A DNA stretch of 64,000 nucleotides from Eledone cirrhosa. Taxonomy: Eukaryota. The notes beneath the pieces were generated by a model. That model made no database searches and was not told the origin of the DNA. It saw nothing but the letters and a program-made list of their open reading frames with translations. Below are positions 1 through 64,000 of this stretch, piece after piece (position 1 is the first letter of the stretch; each line of letters starts with the position of its first letter). The stretch is taken from assembly GCA_964016885.1 (NCBI GenBank), contig OZ024742.1:211296001-211360000 (forward strand), in the 5' to 3' direction. The position numbers were made by a program, and so were the translations under genes.

Positions 1-2921
1 GGCATTTCTTGAGATCAAGACTAGGAAGATACTAATTACCACTGGTTACTTCCATATTAACAATGATAATGATAGCATCTATGTTAAATGGAGACAGAGG
101 CATTTAGTCAATCTAAATAGCCCACTCAGTCAACATCTGCTGAACAGTAAAAGGAAAAATGTGTACTCAACAGATAAAATAATATCTTAATAGATACTCT
201 TAAGTGTACAGCTGTTCCATCTGATCCAAGAGTAGCGGGACTAATTTACTTAAACAGAAACTTGGAGAAGCATTTATATTAGCAGAAATTATGAATACAT
301 ATCTCACAAACTATAGAATACTAACAGCATTTCCAGGAAAAATAGCCTCTTCTGGACCTGTGTAGATATATCACACCCCGCCTTGAAGCATATTCCTTCA
401 TTATTTAGGAACAAAGTATAGCTAAATATTTCATCATCAAGAAAGATAAGGTTACCCCCAAATGTCCACATTGTGACAGAAAATCTCAATTGTGCCAAAC
501 CAGTATGAAATATATCATCCACACCGGCATCAACTGCCCAAAAATGTCAAATACTAACTTTTCATGAAATATGAAATCACTATCATCATTGTTGTTTAAC
601 ATTTATTTTGTATGCTTGTCATGTTATCAGGATGGAGTGGTCAGATGACCACATCTTGCTCATACGATCTGTTTTTGGCTTGGTTGGATGCTCTTTCTAA
701 TGCCAACCTCTTTATGACATACTGGGATCATTTTATCTTGACTCTGGCACCACTGCCTTACAAGGTGGACTGAGTGTTTTTTGTTGCAGCAGCAGTATGA
801 CACCTTGCAAAAACTATTTACAATATATCCACAGGAAAGATTGCCCTGATGGTCATACCAAAGGTACACCAGATCAAATTATATCTATACCTTAAAAGTA
901 AAGCTCGCCAGTGGAACATTCTAATAAAAACAGCAATAGAATTGATGTTATTGTCTGGAGCAGGGAACAAAAGTCATGCACTGTTGTAGAAGCCAGTTAC
1001 CTTGCAGTTTAATAGTAATAATGCTGCACTTTTTACTTTCAGTAGTTTCTAGAACCCATGACTTAATGACATTCAAACCACCAATCAAACAGACATGATA
1101 AAAACTGTGGAACCTAATATTTTGTAGTTGTATGTGCGAGGTGATGATGATAGTAGGAATGCTCAAAATATATATATAGTAACTTTCAAAATATAGGTGT
1201 AGGCATGGCTTTGTGGTTAAGATGTCTGTTGAACAACTACATAGATCCAGTGTTGATCCCACTGTACCACACCTTTAGCAAGTTTCTTCTACTATAGTCT
1301 CCAAGTTGCCCAATACCTTGTGAGTATTTGGCAGGCAAAAACTGGGCAGAAGCTCAGCATATACGTCTCTGTGTGTTTATGTTTGGTAACACCAACAGTT
1401 GAAACAAAGAAGAGGGGGGTGGGGTGGCGTAGCTGTTGTATATTAATAAGGTAACTTGGCCATTTGATAAAATAGATACCATAATAAATACTCGAGTTGA
1501 TGTGATCAACTAAAACTCTTCAAGGCAATGCCCCAACATAGCTGCAGTCAAATGACTGAAACCAGTAAAAGAATAGAATGTTAAACAATTAAAATGAGGT
1601 TTGGAAAAGGTAAAATAAATATTCAAGTAAAAAGACACTTCAATTTAGCTTGGAGTGTTTGAGAAAAATAAAAAGCAAATAAATGAAAAGTAAACAAAAG
1701 GTTATTTTTCAAAATATATTTTGCTATCCTATAGAATGAGATGATTTTATCATGTACTAAGAATATTTTATACTTTTAATTGAAGTCATTGAGTCGTTAT
1801 AAGCATCTTTATAAGTAAATGAGTTAAATATTTTTAGAATTTACTTTTAAATGCTTTAACAACTTTTGTAATACATATGCATGTGTTTGTTTTCACATAC
1901 AAAGGCAAATCTGAATAAGTTTTTAAAAAAGAAATGTTTAAAAAAATTATTAGTTTCAAAAGTAAAGGTAAAACTTGAGAATATATAAATTATATACAAA
2001 TTAAAAAATGAAGATTTTTCAAGATTTGCTGGCAAAACAAAAATGATCATATTACTAAAACAGGTTTCAATATATCTAAAGGGTAAAATAAAGGGTGTTA
2101 GAAAAAATATTCACTACTTTTATCATTTATGACCCCCAATTGAAGAAAAACAACTTTTTACAGATACACAAACATTTCTATATTCAAAATCACTTGCAAT
2201 TTTTTACACTTAACTGCCTAAAATTACAGTTCTATGATTATGAATTAAAATAGTTCAAATTTGTTTTTTTTTTTGTTTCAATGTTTTGTCCCTAGCTTAA
2301 AAAGTAAATACTATTTTATTTATAACTGAAAAAAAAAAAATGGATTAAATAATTCCCATTTCTCTCTCCAATATTTTATAATTTGAACGATTCATAGTAA
2401 TAGATGTATTAAATAAATAACACAGTAAGAAAAATACAGAAAAGAGTTTTCTCTGGATAATTTTGTTTGGTACATTTTTATATCAATGCATTTTGTTTAA
2501 AATTGTATTTTATTAACATTTAAAATACAATGTAGATGTATCAAAATTTATTGTAAAGTGAGCTACAAAATATTTTTGTAAATCTCTTTAAATTAAAGAC
2601 ACCTTCCCATAGTTATACATATTTAGATAACTATAATAAAGCAAACAGTGTCAAATCCTTAACAATGATGCAAACAGCTAATGAGGAGCAAATTGTTCAT
2701 ATAGATATTTCTTCTTGTCTGTAAAAGACCTTAATGAAACAAACACACACAACTTTTTTAGATGCCAAAAACTTGGGAGTTAATAATAGAGATTATTAGC
2801 ACCAAAGACTTTGACATGGTAACTAAGATGTCATCAAATAAATGCTGGATTACAAAGAATATTAACAGGTCCATAATTGAAGGTGTAGTTACTGGTGTGT
2901 CTTCAAACAATTCTAGAGAAT

Positions 2922-62801
<59,880 letters not shown>

Positions 62802-64000
62802 TTTTGCCTAAAAAATATCAGTAGATCTTAAATATTCTTTTCAACACTAATATAAAAATTATTCAAAATTAATCAAAATAATATATATATATATATATAA
62901 TAGAAATAGAAAACAAATGCAAAGTATTTTTCTTTCCAAGTTTATATTGCATATCTTTTATAAAACTACAGAAAATGATTAAATGGTAATGCTCTATAGT
63001 TTAGTTAAGTAAATTAAAACTTTAGTTATTTCAAACAGTTTGAGTAAGCTAAAAGCTTAGTTTATGGAGTTTGTAGGTAAGTGCCCACTAAGGTTTAGTT
63101 TACAGTCCCTTCCTCCTAAGGGAGTTCAGGGCCCAAACGCTCAGAGAGCTTTTCTAAGAAAACAGGGATTGAGCTGAAAGGTCAAAGCCATGAATAGTAA
63201 TTAGTAGTATGGGCTACCTAAACCCAACAGCAATATCAAATCACACAAAAAAACAATAAAATAGGCAAGAAGCTTATGTAGACCGTGCAACACTAAATGC
63301 ATAAACATTGCAATTCTACCTCTGATTAAAAATCAAACCTCCTAATGTTCCCATATATACATATTCATATACTGAATAGTATTAGTAACATTCAAAAAGT
63401 AGCCTTCTTGGATGATTTGCAATGTAGGTGACTAATTTGTTTTGAAAATTAAATGACAGCACAATGTCATGGCTTCATGTTGAATGGAATAACTTTAGGA
63501 ATTGCTAACAGATTATCTCTACTTTTCTGCATAAGTAGATTACAAGTGTATCAGAAGTATGATGCTGAATATCTATAAAACTGAAGCAGTGAATTCAGAA
63601 TATGTTGGTGAAATAGAAAGGGAAAATGTTGATAGAATAAGTTGGTATAAAATGCAAACTCAAGGAACAGGTTGAGCAATATGTTGAAAACAACCCCCAA
63701 ATAAGAAAGTAAAACAAAAAATTGAGAGAATCAGAGCAATCGTTATATAATTCAGCCTCTGAAACGCAATGACAAGATTGAGCTAGATTTCTCAATGTAG
63801 ACATGTCAAACTCATATACACAAGTGAACATTCTGACAAGGTTATTTATTGATGATGATGATAGCAATGTGACACAATGAAACTGTTGGAAGTCAAATGC
63901 AGGTTGTGTTTAATTTTAAAAGTTCCATATAGGCCAACAGGATGCTATAAAGAGTTGGAATTCTATAATTCTATGCATTAGTTCTACATTTGGAAATTGA

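Noticed and set aside
1650-2921. ATF7IP polyadenylation site
   Set aside because: Several AATAAA matches on the minus strand in very AT-rich sequence; I cannot choose one without transcript data.

Overview
Eukaryotic, AT-rich, microsatellite- and transposon-dense DNA. The SINE/RTE repertoire resembles a coleoid cephalopod (octopus-like); this is an inference. One host gene spans almost the whole window on the minus strand: an ATF7IP/MCAF1/Windei homologue. I reconstructed it by hand as 10 phase-consistent GT-AG coding exons (ATG 62801, TGA 2922-2924; 3297 nt, 1098 aa) with a coiled coil, a LIDLTGDDE SUMO-interacting motif and a C-terminal FN3 domain. Its introns hold several RTE-clade LINE families, a CR1 end, a Penelope-like element, two mariners, non-autonomous Helitrons, TTAA and hAT MITEs, and tRNA-derived SINEs. 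Best leads: (1) an intact STPR-repeat ORF in a phase-0 intron with candidate in-frame splice sites, a possible exonized DNA-binding module; (2) a dispersed family of type-I hammerhead-like motifs with a non-canonical CAGAAGA core, plus two other hammerhead-like motifs and a candidate HDV-like motif; (3) a PHD-type finger inserted inside the RT of two RTE families. All calls were made by eye; repeat boundaries are approximate.
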